The notes under the pieces are model-generated. The model ran no database searches. It was not told the origin of the DNA and saw nothing but the letters and a program-made list of their open reading frames with translations. This document shows, piece by piece, positions 51,297 through 62,477 of a stretch of DNA of 64,000 nucleotides. Each line of letters opens with the position of its first letter. Position 1 is the first letter of the stretch. The translations under genes were made by a program, and so were the position numbers. Source of the stretch: an uncultured Thermoleophilia bacterium (lineage in GTDB: Bacteria; Actinomycetota; Thermoleophilia; UBA2241). The stretch spans positions 32,001-96,000 of the forward strand of contig CAVQSP010000009.1 of the NCBI GenBank assembly GCA_963715985.1, given 5' to 3'.

Positions 51297-52517
51297 TCAG
51301 AAGTCCGTGTCGCAGACTGCGAGGACGGCGAAGTTGCGCGGCGCCAGCTCCTTGTGCTTCTCGGCGATCGTGTCGGCGAGGGCGTCGAGGGCCGCGTAGT
51401 CGGCGGCTCGCGGCAGGCCCTTGGCCAGCACCGGCTCGAGGAGCTCGACCTTGAGCTTGGGCATCATGCCGGCGAGCGTCTCCACCGTCTTGCCGGCCCA
51501 GCCGTAGGAGCCGATCACCGTCGCCCACCTCGTGCGCGGCTTGAGCGCGTTGGCGAGGAACGCCGCATAGGCCGCCAGCGGGTGCGGCCCGGTGAGCACG
51601 GTCGGCGTGCCGAGGACGATGGTGCCGGCGTGTACCAGCGAGCTGGCGAGCTCGCCGGCGTCCAGGGTGGTGAGGTCGAAGCGCTCCACGGCAACGCCGC
51701 GGTCGGTGAGCGCGGCCGTCAGATGGTCCACCATGAGCAGCGTGCTCTCGTGCATGCTCACGAACGGCAGACAGACGATGTTCTGCGGCTCCCCGCCGGC
51801 CCAGTCCTTGTACGCCTCGATGATGAAGGCGGGGTCGTCGTACACCGGGCCGTGGCTGGGCCCGATGAACTTGATGGGGTACTTCGTCACCTTCTCGATG
51901 TTCTTCAGCACCTGGCCGCCGAACGGCATCATGATCTCGGCGTAGTAGCGCTTGGCGCCGTCGTACACCTCGTGCTTGTCGGCGAAGACGTCGTTGGTGG
52001 CGTAGTGCGACCCGAAGAAGTCGCAGCTGAAGAGGATCTTGTCCTCTTCCAGCCAGGTGCTCATCGTCTCGGGCCAGTGCACCCACGGCGTGAAGAGGAA
52101 GGTGAGCGTCTTGTCGCCCAGGCTGAGCGTGTCGCCGTCGGCCACCACCTGGAAGCGGGCGTCGTCCACGTGCAGGTGGTCGATGAGCATCGCCCGCGCC
52201 TTCTCGTTGCAGACGATGGTCAGCTCGGGGAAGCGCTCGAGGAGCTGCGGCGTGCAGCCCGAGTGGTCCTGCTCCACGTGGTTGACGACGAGGTAGTCCG
52301 GCGCCGGCAGCTCGTCGAGCTGCGCCATGAGCGTGTGAGAGCGGGCCGGGTCCGTGGTGTCGATGATGGCGTTCTTCTCGCTGCCGGTCACGAAGTAGGC
52401 GTTGTAGCTGGTGCCGTCCGGCAGCGGGATGAGGGCGTCGAAGAGGCGGCGGTCCCAGTCGACGGCGCCGATGAGATGGACGTTGGGGACGATCTGGCGT
52501 GGCTTCATGCGTGTCAC
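51297..52517 (-). CDS. fprA: Flavodiiron protein (A-type flavoprotein)
   Basis: GTSYNAY, HVEQDHSG, VHWPE, CDFFG, PSHG, flavodoxin GSYGW. Confidence 0.93.
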   Translation of the reverse strand: MTRMKPRQIVPNVHLIGAVDWDRRLFDALIPLPDGTSYNAYFVTGSEKNAIIDTTDPARSHTLMAQLDELPAPDYLVVNHVEQDHSGCTPQLLERFPELTIVCNEKARAMLIDHLHVDDARFQVVADGDTLSLGDKTLTFLFTPWVHWPETMSTWLEEDKILFSCDFFGSHYATNDVFADKHEVYDGAKRYYAEIMMPFGGQVLKNIEKVTKYPIKFIGPSHGPVYDDPAFIIEAYKDWAGGEPQNIVCLPFVSMHESTLLMVDHLTAALTDRGVAVERFDLTTLDAGELASSLVHAGTIVLGTPTVLTGPHPLAAYAAFLANALKPRTRWATVIGSYGWAGKTVETLAGMMPKLKVELLEPVLAKGLPRAADYAALDALADTIAEKHKELAPRNFAVLAVCDTDF

Positions 52518-52675
52518 CCTCGAGGAGGTCGCGGCTTGGGGTCTCGTCGCTCTGAGTATATCCGCGCCGCACGCGCACGCCGCCGCCGGAACGGGACACG
52601 TCGCGCCGCGTTGCTGGACGAATGGGCGTGGCGTGATGATGACGCGTACAGCGGCGCGATCACAAGGAGGTCATC

Positions 52676-53098
52676 GTGGAGGCACGGATAAGCGTCATCA
52701 CGCTGGGCGTGCGGGACGTGCCGAGGGCGCGGGCGTTCTACCTGGCCCTCGGCTGGCCGCTGAGCGGCGACCCTGAGGAGCACTTCGCCGTCTTCCGCAC
52801 CGCCGGTTCGCGGCTCGCCCTGTACTCGCTGCAGGGGATCGCGGAGGAGGCCGGGCAGACGCCGGCGGCGCCCGGCACCCTGCGCGCGACGCTGGCGATC
52901 AACGTTGAGAGCCGGGAGCGCGTCGACGCGTGCCTCGACGAGGCGGTGCGGGCCGGCGGGACGCTGCTGCGGCCGGCCCAGGAGCGTTTCTGGGGCGGTT
53001 ACTCCGGCTACTTCGCCGACCCGGACGGCCACGCGTGGGAGGTCGCGTTCAACCCGTTCTGGGCGCTCGGCGAGGACGGGCTGCCCGAGCTGCCCTAG
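52676..53098 (+). CDS. VOC/glyoxalase family protein
   Basis: ISVITLGV.D, FWGGYSGYFADPDGH.WEVA.NP. Confidence 0.9.
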   Translation: MEARISVITLGVRDVPRARAFYLALGWPLSGDPEEHFAVFRTAGSRLALYSLQGIAEEAGQTPAAPGTLRATLAINVESRERVDACLDEAVRAGGTLLRPAQERFWGGYSGYFADPDGHAWEVAFNPFWALGEDGLPELP

Positions 53099-54550
53099 GC
53101 GCGCCGCACCCGTCGTTCCGCGCGCTCGACGACGGCGTGGATGGCGGCGTCCACCGACGCCGGCAGAGCCGGGACCTCGTGCCCTGCGAGGATCCGCTCC
53201 ACGCGGGCGGCGGCGACCGCCGTGGCGTCCAGGCCGCCGGCAGGGCCGGCGGCCGCAGGCCCCCCGGCCCCGCCCGCCAGCCACTCGTCGCGCGAGCGCC
53301 GATCGAACACCTGCGGCTGCCAGCGGTCGCGAGCGTGCAGGCGCGTGTGCCTGTGCTTGAGGAACAGCTCGCCAGGCCCGACCTCGTCGATCACGTCCAG
53401 CCCGAGCTCCTCGTCCGTGATCTCGATGGGCTTGAGGAACGCCTTCACCCAGCCGGCGATGTCGTCGCAGAGCACCACCTGCGTGAGTGAGCCGGTGTAG
53501 GCCGACTCCATGAAGCCGATGTCGTGGATCATGTGGCCGCCGCTCACGGCGTCTGCGAGCAGCGTGAGCGCCGCCTCGGCGGCGGCCTGCTGGTCCGGCA
53601 GCTTGCCGTCGGTCACGCCGCCCAGCGTCCACATCGGCAGGCCGTACCAGTGCAGCAGGCTGGAGTACACGGCGCGGTGCTCCGGCCAGCAGAAGACGTC
53701 GACCATGGTCCGCATGTCCAGGGCCTCGCCGGCCCAGCCGATGGCGATGTAGGGCGCGCCGGCGCGCTTGAGCTGCGCCATCACGAGGCCGGCGAGCACG
53801 CCCGCGTTGACGACGACGAGCGAGCCGAGCACGGTCATCGGAGCGACGGTCCCAGCCGTGCTCACCGGGCTGTAGATGCAGGGCAGGTTCCGCCCGGCCA
53901 GGTCGAGGAGCGTGCGTACTGCCTCGGCGTTGTGCACGAGCGGGAACAGCGTGTTCTTGTAGCAGGCCACGAGGGGGCGGGCGGCGAGCGCGTCCGGCCC
54001 GCCCGCCACCGCCTCCGCCATCTCCGTCACGTCCAGGTGTGCGGTCACGTCGTTGAGCGTCACGTACACGATCGGTTTGGTGCTGTGCCGTAGCATCGCC
54101 GCCATCTGGTGGCGGTCCATGACCTCCGGCGTCACGTCGCTGGGCGTGAACAGGCTCATGACGAAGTCGAGGTTCTCGCAGGCGTCCTGCACCCGCGCCG
54201 CCTCGACGACGTCCTTGAGGACGGCGTGGCGGCGCTCGCCGTCGCGATGGTCGAAGCAGTACATGCAGTCACTGCCGCCGCCGAAGGAGTACTCGTAGCC
54301 GCCGCAGGTGAGCGCCGGCCGGCCGTCGCGGCCGTACAGCGTGACCTCTCGCGGCGCCAGCTCGAGCGCCCAGGTGACGAGACGTTCGGGGATTCGCACC
54401 CGAGTGCCGTCGACGTCGGCGCCGGCGCTGCCTCAGCAGCTCGAGAGCCTCGGGCTCGTCGACGATGAGCCCGGTCCGCTCGAGCACTCTCAATGTGGCC
54501 TCATGAAGGCGCTGGCACTGAGCATCATCCAGCCGTGAGAAGAACCGCAT
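53095..54550 (-). CDS. Trimethylamine methyltransferase (MttB) superfamily, non-pyrrolysine; frameshift near 54430
   Basis: LHEATLRVLERTG, STKP, AG..APMT.LG, GGVTDGK.PD.QA, HDIGFMES, GPG..FL...HT; no in-frame TAG. Confidence 0.88.
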
Positions 54551-54754
54551 GCGTGCCGCCAGTCCATCGCGCGAGGTCGAAGTAATCCTGACCGCTCGCC
54601 TGCCAGGATGCCACTCGCGACACACGCGACGCCGGGAGAGCTTCGTACTACGATGGTCCAATCTGGCGAGCCACGTGGAGGGGTGCCCATCCGTGCTGGT
54701 CTCAGACGGTGCGTCTGTGCTGCTCTCAGGGCCCGGTGAGGGGAGGGTCGCACG

Positions 54755-57700
54755 GTGACGGGTCCCGGGCCTCTCTGCGCCTCCTGTGGAGCAGGCCTTC
54801 CCTCCGGTGCCCGCTTCTGCCCCTCCTGCGGCACGGCGCTCGTCGAACGCCCGAGCGCAGCGACGGAGCGCAAGGTCGTCACGACGCTCTTCGCAGACAT
54901 CGTCGGCTTCACGGCGCTCAGCGAGCAGTTCGACCCCGAGGACGTCGACGCCGGGCTGCGGGGTTACTTCGAGATGGCGCGGGCGACCGTCGAGCGCTTC
55001 GGTGGCAGCGTCGAGAAGTTCATCGGTGATGCCGTGGTCGGCGTGTTCGGCATCCCCACCGCTCATGAAGACGACGCCGAGCGCGCGGTACGGGCGGCCC
55101 TCGCGATCGTCGAGGGCATGGCTTCTCTCCCCCAGGTCGGGGACCACGCCCTGCAGGCGCGCGTCGGTGTCAACACAGGGCGCTCCCTTGTACGCCTCGA
55201 TGTGTCGTTCGGCTCCGGTGAGGGAGCGCTGGTCGGCGACGCGGTGAACACCGCCGCCAGGCTTCTCACGGCGGCGGCACCTATGAGCGTGGTCGTGGGC
55301 AAGCTGACACGTTCCCTTTCCGCGCGCGCCATCGAGTACGACCAGCTCGATCCGGTGACGGCCAAAGGCAAGTCCCAGCCTCTCGACGCTTGGCTCGCCA
55401 GGCGACCGATAGCCCGGCGCGGATCGACGGCCGGGGCGTGTCGCTTGCGCCACTCGTCGGCCGTGAGGTCGAGCTTGCCGTGCTCGAAGGACTGCTCGCA
55501 AAGGCCATCGCTTCTGCGACGGCCCAGTTCGCGCTGCTCGTCGGCGAGGCCGGCATCGGGAAGTCGCGGCTCGTTACCGAGTTCTTCCGGACGCTCGACG
55601 AGCGTCCGGGTTTCTTCTGCACCTGGCGACAGGGCCGGTGTCCACCCTACGGGGAGGATCTCGCCTATTGGCCGCTTCGCGAGATCGTCACTGCACACGC
55701 CGGCATCCTCCAGACAGACCGGCCTCATGTCGTCGAGAAGAAGCTCCGCCGGGCTCTCGGCGACATCGCCGATCACGAGTGGATGGTGACGCGCCTGCTT
55801 CCTCTCGTCGGACTACCGGCGGCACAGACCGAGCACGACGACAACTTCGCGGCCTGGCAGCTGCTCCTCGAGGGAATCGCCAGGAGGCAGCCCACGATCG
55901 TGGTCATCGAGGACATCCACTGGGCGACAGAGGCCACGCTCGCGTTCCTGGGCCACTTGATCCGAGGTGCGCCCGGCGTGCCCCTCCTATTCCTCTGGAC
56001 AGCCAGGCCCGAGTTCTTGAAGGCCCACGCCGAGTTCGCAGACACGTAAACGTGGTCACGCGCATCGATCTCAGGCGTTGGCGCGGCCGAGTCAGTCGAC
56101 TCGCAGTCCACCTGGCCACAGTGCGTGGCAGAAGCCACGTGGCGAAGGTGGTCGCTGAGGCCTGCGGTGGCAATCCCCTGCTCGCTGAGGAGCTGGCGTG
56201 GTACTTGGAGGACACGGTCCCCAGTCCGAAGAGAGAGTCAAGAATCGCGCCGCCGGCACGCCTTCCCCGACGCCAGAAGGCATCACCGCGCTGTCGGCGG
56301 CAGGCTCGACGCCCTCCACGCGGCGGAACGGGCGCTGCTCCTGGAAACAACGTCCTGGAGGTGTTTGGCCGGGTGCTGTCCAGCGGCGGATTCGGAAACT
56401 GCCGGCCTGAGCCGTTGCTCGACAGTCTCGTGAACCGCGAGTTCGTGGTACCCCGGGCCGCGTCGACACTGGCGAGCGAGGCCGAGTACGCCTTCCGGCA
56501 CGCCCTCACGCGGGATGTCGCCTATGAGCAGCTCACGCGCGACCGGCGCGCGCGCAAACACGCCCGAGTCGCCGGGTGGATCGAGACGGTGGCGCCACCC
56601 GGTGGCCTTGCGGACCTGCTTACGTACCACTACGAGGCCGCTCTCGACCTGGCCGTCGCTACGTCCGACGATGAGCTCGCCTCCGCCCTCATGCCGTCGA
56701 CCGCAAGCGCCCTGGAGGCCGCGGGCGATCGGCGTTCGCCCTCGACGTCGCCACCGCGCAACGGCGCTATTCGCGGGCTGCGGCGCTCGTCGACGCGCAC
56801 GAGGCAGGCAGGGGCCGCCTTCTGGGCAAGTGGGCGGACGCCCTCTGGGAGAGCGGCCGCGAGAGGGAGGCCCTGGACCGGCAAGACGAGGCTATCGCGG
56901 CTCTGGAGGCCGAGGGCCGCGAGGAGGAGGTGGCACTCGCGAGGACGGGAGGTCGCTCGACGGTTCGAGGTGGACAGCGGCGAGTGGCCGCGGCTGCCTG
57001 GGATCGCGGACGACCTGCTCCGGGACGGCAGCGAATCGGCCGGGCTCATCCCGTTGCTCGAGTACTGGGCCTACGTCTGCTTCTTCCGCGGCGACAGAGC
57101 GGCCGGCATGGCGGCCGCGACCAGAGCCATCGAGGTCGCGGCTCGGCTCGGCCTGCCCGCGTCCGTGAAGGGGCTCCGCTGAGGGGCGTCGGGAGGTGCG
57201 AAGACGGCGACCCGGCGGGGTTCGACGATCCTGCGTCCGCGTGGAAGAGGCCCACCACCGCGGCGCTGAGCGCTACGCGGCGTCGGTGAACATCAACCTC
57301 GCGGAGCAACTGTGTGCGACACGAGGACCTGCGGCGGCGGCCGAGATCTGCCGTCAGACCGTGGAGTGGGCACAACGGCGACACGATGGCTCTTCAGCCA
57401 GCGCCGCGTCCGCCGACCTGGCCTTCAACCTGCTCTGGTGCGGTGCGTGGGACGAAGCACTCGAGCTCACGGAGGCGCTCGAACCCCTCCTGGAGCAGCG
57501 GCGCCTCGAGGTCCTCGGCTTCGTCAGAGCCTCTTCAGCTCTGCTCCGGCTGCTCCGGGGTCGCCTCGACGAGGCCGAACTCCTTGCCGAAGCGGCCGAG
57601 GCGTTCTGCAGACCGCTCAAGCGGTTCGAGACCCGTAGTGTGAGCCTGCTGGCCCTGGCCATCGTCGAGATGAATGGCGACTTCGTCCAGGCACGCTGAC

Positions 57701-58134
57701 TCTGCGCGAGTGCGTCGAGCTGGAGGGAGGAGGCCGCGCACTGCCCGAGTACACACTACCGCTCTCGTGGGCCTGCCGGGTCGCCGTCAAGGCCGGCGAT
57801 GAACGACTGGCGCTGAGATTGACCGACGGCCTCGGTCCCCGCCCGCTCGATCGCTGCGTGCGGGCTTCGCTGGCGGCGACACTCGCGAGCGCGCACGGGG
57901 ACCCTACGGCGATTGACCAGTACGCCGACTCGGCCCGCCGCTGGGGGGAGCTCGGTGTGCCCTACGAACGCGGATGGGCGCTGCTCGGCCGGGCGCGAGC
58001 CCTCGCCAAGAGCGCGGGCGGGCGGGGTGCCGAGGACGATCTGCGCGCGGCCCATGCCGTCTTCTCCGCGCTCGGAGCCACACCCGCGCTCACGGCCGTC
58101 GAAGAGCTGCGGCACGCCCTCAGCGGACGTCTAG
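54755..58134 (+). CDS. Zn-ribbon + class III adenylate/guanylate cyclase + AAA (STAND-like) NTPase + TPR-like protein; many frameshifts (errors or pseudogene)
   Basis: CASC...FCPSCG; LFADIVGFT, EKFIGDAV, GDAVNTAARL; GEAGIGKSRL, IEDIHWA; GGNPL, YAFRHALTRDVAY; PYERG...GR. Confidence 0.82.
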
Positions 58135-59939
58135 GCGAACAGCGCGAGACCGAGATACTGTCTCCCGACTGCGCCATGACCTTGAGCGAGACAAACCTCG
58201 CGAGTCGTTCGTCGAGGGTGTGCGCGCAGTCGGCGAAGCGGTCGCTGACGAGCCCCTCAAGCTGCTGGCGAGTGCGATCCGTCGCTGGCTCTGTAGATCG
58301 CCTCGTCACACGCATCAGGACGGCATCGGGGCGGTCGCAACGTCCGGATTCGCAGCGCGAGGCCGGCATCCGATTCTACCGCGCGGAGCTCTCCCTCCGT
58401 GCGGTGCCCGGCACGCCAGTCGTCGACTGCCTCGGTCAGCCGCGCGAGGTACGGCGAGGAGACGGACTGGTACTGTGCGTCGTCAGTGAAGAACAGGGCG
58501 ATCCGGGCTCAGGCTTGCCGCCGGGAAGGGGTACAGGTGCCGGTAGGGCGTCAGCGGGCGCAGGCGGTGCAGACCGTAGAGGGCGGGCTGCGCGAAGTAC
58601 GGACTGAAGCGAGGCACGAGCACGGGCCCGAGCTCCGACGGGGGCGGCAGGAATCTCACGGACCGCAGGAGATCCCAGGTCGCCGCGTAGTCCCCCTCAC
58701 TCTCCCGCGGGAACCCGCACAACATCGGCCAGCTTGGTTCCAGGCCGGACGCCCGGCACCACTTCAGGAAACGCAGGTTCTCCAGGCTCGTCGTCCCCTT
58801 GTTGGTACGGGCGAGGATGGTGTCGCTGAGGCTTTCGATGCCGCATTGCAGCTCGATGCGGGCTTGCCGCGCGAGATCCAGGATCCTCTCGTGACATCGT
58901 CGCGCGGACCTGGATGAGGAGCGGGACCGGCAGAGGTTCGTCGGCCAGCTCGGGCAGCACCCTGGAGAAGAAACTGGGCGGGACGACCATGTCGACGAGC
59001 TCGAGGTAGGACGCGTTGTTGGAAGCGGTGAGGAGCCGCGACTCGGCGAGGAAACGATGTGGTGATTTGGCCCGGTACGTGGTCCTGCTCCCATTGAGGC
59101 CGCAAAACGCACACGGGCTCTTCGCGGCCCACCAGCAACCGCGGGAGAGCTCCATCGCCAGCGCGGGCACGAACTGGTGCGCGTAGCCTGTCTCTCGCAG
59201 TTGCCGAAATACTCCGCGAAGTCCGGAGCGGGGAGCGTGTCAAGGTCAGGGACGACGACGGCCGAGCCTGTCGAGCGGGACCGGCCGCCGATCCTGTGGA
59301 CGACGCCCCGTATGCCGGGAATGGCTCCGGAGTCATGGTCGCGCAGGGCGCGGATCAGAGCAGGAAAGGAGACGTCCGCCTCGCCTGAGCACACGACGTC
59401 CACGAAGTGGAAGCGACGGTGCAGCTCGAGCCCCATCTCCCCTTCCCAGTTGCGCCCGCCGAACACGACGATCACGCGCGGGTGAGCTTCCTTGACGCGT
59501 CGCGCGAGCGCAAGTGACGCGAGGTTCTGACCGGAGTACGACGTGAAGCCGACGACGTCGTAGTCTCCCCACGGAACATCCGCCGCCAGCGACTGGACGA
59601 AGGTCTCAGCCCGCTCGCGCACCTCGAGCACCCATCGACGATGGCGCGCGGCAGCTTCCAGGTTCCGGAGAGCACCTCATCGACGTATTCGCGCCAGTAG
59701 CCATGCTGGGAACCATACAGGCTGCGCGCGAAGACCCATTCGGCCGCCAGCGCCCGCCACGAGATGCCCTCCGTCATGAAGCGATACTCCGGCAGTCCGA
59801 TCGTGCGCGCGAACGCGATGTTCGGGTAGAGGACGGAGCAAGACACTCCGGCGGCCTCCACCTCGGCCTTCAGGAGGCTGACGCCGAGGGCGGGTCGCTC
59901 GACGTCGGCAAACGGCATGCAGACGAGGGCGACGTTCAT
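58131..59939 (-). CDS. B12-dependent radical SAM C-methyltransferase of RiPP-maturation type (TIGR03975/PoyC-like); several frameshifts
   Basis: LVCMPFA...PALGVSLLKA, EWVF, VGFTS..GQN.ASLALA, FGG.N.EG.MG, SGEAD, PDF..YF, SRGCWWAAKSPCAFCGLNG (CX7CX2C), Q.GIESLS, GFP.E, RFSPYF. Confidence 0.85.
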
Positions 59940-60003
59940 CTCTCGAACGCGCCGTTGGGACGCCGCCCCGATCGCCGAATCGGCGCGTCTTTCGGGCAGA
60001 GCC

Positions 60004-60372
60004 TCAGATGTGGTAACGCCTGGATTCGACCTTGGCCAGGCGTGGGTCCGGCTCCTCGAGCGCGCTCATGGCCTGCGCCGCGGGCCGGGCAACGAGCGTG
60101 GTCGTTCTCAGGAGACCCTGCCGCGCCACGTAGTAGACGAGCTGCAGCATCGCCTCGTCGTGCAGCGATGATTGCACATGATGACGTACTCCCATTCGCG
60201 AGTGCCATATCAGCGCTGTCGATGTGACCGTCAGAGAGCTTCAGAAAGCAGCCAGCGACCCGGTGCAGGACCCCGGCCGGACCGTCTCGAGCGCGCCCTT
60301 GTCGGTGAGCTTCATGAGCACGATGTACCCGGGCTCGTGCACGTCAGCCGTCTGTGTGGGAACCTCTACCAT
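60004..60372 (-). CDS. GYD-domain small protein (about 124 aa) with N- and C-terminal extensions; about three compensating frameshifts
   Basis: After AAGGAGG: MVEVPTQTADVHEPGYIVLMKLTDKGA...(G)EWEYVIM...HDEAML...QGLLRTTTL...EEPDPRLAKVESRRYHI; start and stop are in the same frame. Confidence 0.72.
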
Positions 60373-60428
60373 GTCGCATCCTCCTTCTTCGTTGCAGAAC
60401 CGATGTGGAGCAGGAGCGCCCGGCCCGC

Positions 60429-60457
60429 ATTACATGACGTCGTCCGAGGTCAGTCAA
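60429..60457 (-). promoter_or_regulatory. SigA-type promoter of the GYD-rSAM unit
   Basis: TTGACT (60457-60452), 17 nt, TGTAAT (60434-60429). Confidence 0.65.
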
Positions 60458-60504
60458 CGTCGGGCCAGACCGCGCCCGCCGCGGCCGCGATGGCACAGCG
60501 CGGC

Positions 60505-61735
60505 AGCTATCCCGGCGGTCCAGCTCGTCCGCCAGCTGCTCCACGAACAGACCCACGTCGGTGACGATGCCGATGGCCTGGAACGACCCGCGGTCGGCGA
60601 GCTTGGTGACCACCGCGGGATTGATGTCGGCGCACACGGTGCGCACGCTGGCCGGCAGCATGTTGCCCACGGCGATGCTGTGCAGCATCGTGCTCAGCAT
60701 CAGGCAGGCGCCGGCCTCCTGCGCGTACCGGCGCATCTCGCGCTGGGCCGCCATGGAGTCGGTGATCACCTCGGGCAGGGGGCCGTCGTCGCGGATGCTG
60801 CCGGCGAGCACGAAGGGCGTGCCCGTCTTGACCAGCGTGTACATGAGGCCGCCGGTGACGATGCCCTGCTCCACGGCGGCGCGGATGCCGCCGCAGCGGC
60901 GCACCGTGTTGATGGCGCGCAGGTGGTGCTCGTGGCCGCCCTGCACAGCGGCGCCCTCGGTGAGATGGATGCCGAGGGAGGTGCCGAAGAGATCCGCCTC
61001 GATGTCGTGCGTGGCCACGGCGTTGCCGCCGAACACGGCGCCGATGTAGCCCGCCTCGATGAGGCGGGCCAGTTGTGGCGCCGCCCCGGTGTGCACCACG
61101 GCCGGGCCGACCACGGCGATGGTGAGCCGGCCCTCCTCCTTGACCTGGCGGAGGATGTGCGCCACCTCGTGCACGATCTGGGCCTTGGGCTTCTCGCTGC
61201 TCACAGCGGAGGCCATGAACTCGAACGGCTGGCTCTCGCGCGACCGCGCCAGAGGCAGCACGCGGATGCCGCGGTGCCCGGTGACGAAGAGGTCCTCGCC
61301 GCGCGCGTCGTTCATGGCCACGGTCTCCGCCGTGCCGGCAGCCGGGTCCACGCGGATACCGCAGTCCATCTCCGGGTGTGCTACGCGAATCCAGTCCCCG
61401 GCCACGCGCACGAAGGTGACGAGGTTGGTGGTGGAGTAGAAGCGCTCGGGGAAGACGCCGTCCAGGCCGGAGGCCTCGAGGACGGCGTCCTGCGGCCGCA
61501 CGGCCACCACACCGTAGTCGGTGATGGCCGTGAGCAGCTCGTCGAGGTGCGCGGCGTCGCGCCCGAAGATGCGCATCACGGCATTGGAGGGGTCGTTCTT
61601 CATGCGCCCGACCTCGAACGACAGCATCTCGAACTCGCCCTCGAGATCCATGACGCGGTCCATGATCTGCGGCATCATCAGCGAGTCGATGAGGTGGCCC
61701 TCGATCTGGACGTCTTCATACGGCAGGTCGGGCAT
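60505..61735 (-). CDS. TIGR00300-family protein (ornithine cyclodeaminase-like, ArgZ/AgrE C-terminal type); stop probably near 60507, ORF reads on to 60344
   Basis: GHLIDS, FYSTTN, EMDC, FEFM...SSE, ATHDIE, LAGSIRDDGPLP, TMLHSIAVGN. Confidence 0.88.
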
Positions 61736-61857
61736 GGTGCCTCCCGGTGACTGGGGCGCGTCGGGCGGGGCCGGCCCTCCGGGCCCCGCCCGCCCGCACA
61801 GTCTACCCTCCTGTGCGGCGAGGCGGCCCGCTGTGCGTGTGCTGCATGGGCGCCCGC

Positions 61858-62475
61858 CTACTCGTCCGCGAGGATCCAGACCATCGTCTCACCCGGACCG
61901 TGCACGCCGACGCACGACTCGTAGCCGATGTCCATGCTGCGACTGGGACCGGACATGAAGGTGATGCAGGCAGGCACGGCTTGCCCCGCCGCCGCGACGT
62001 CGTCGAGCACCTCGCCGAGCCGCGCGACGATGCGCGACGCCGGCAGGAAGAAGCCGACGACGGGCGGCAGCAGAGATGTGGTGCGCGGCGCGGCACCGTC
62101 GTGCCAGAGCACGACGGTGCCGGTCTCCGCGATGGCCCAGCGCGGCTCGTTGAGCCCGAAGGCGGCGGCGGCGAGCTCGCCGCCGCACAGCGTCTCGATG
62201 GCCGGCCAGCGCAACGCCGGCGGGCAGGTCAGCGGATCCAGCCGCCGCTCCGCCACGAGACGCTCAACGGTCAGCCGCGCTTCCTTACGGTCCGCCACTA
62301 CGACGGCCTCGCCGCCCAGATCGCGCAGCCGTTCCGCGAAGCGCCGCACGAGAGCTTCGCGGTCGGCCGCCGGAGGGACGGCGAGGCTCGGCCGGCGCGG
62401 AGCGGCCTGCGCCGGCGCTCCGCGCCGGCGGTGCAGCCTCGCGGCCAGACGGTCGAGCAGTGCCTCGCGGTCCAT
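61858..62475 (-). CDS. lutC: Lactate utilization protein C (LUD domain)
   Basis: AIAETGT, TSLLPP, SGPSRSMDI...GVHGP. Confidence 0.85.
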   Translation of the reverse strand: MDREALLDRLAARLHRRRGAPAQAAPRRPSLAVPPAADREALVRRFAERLRDLGGEAVVVADRKEARLTVERLVAERRLDPLTCPPALRWPAIETLCGGELAAAAFGLNEPRWAIAETGTVVLWHDGAAPRTTSLLPPVVGFFLPASRIVARLGEVLDDVAAAGQAVPACITFMSGPSRSMDIGYESCVGVHGPGETMVWILADE

Positions 62476-62477
62476 CG

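Noticed and set aside
53095-53097. TAG at the end of the MttB homolog as pyrrolysine
   Set aside because: It lies at the normal C-terminus, not at the internal Pyl position
60241-60243. In-frame TGA in the GYD gene as selenocysteine or read-through, or the 43-aa ORF before it as a stand-alone precursor peptide
   Set aside because: The GYD-like middle segment appears only in the shifted frames, so compensating indels explain the stop better
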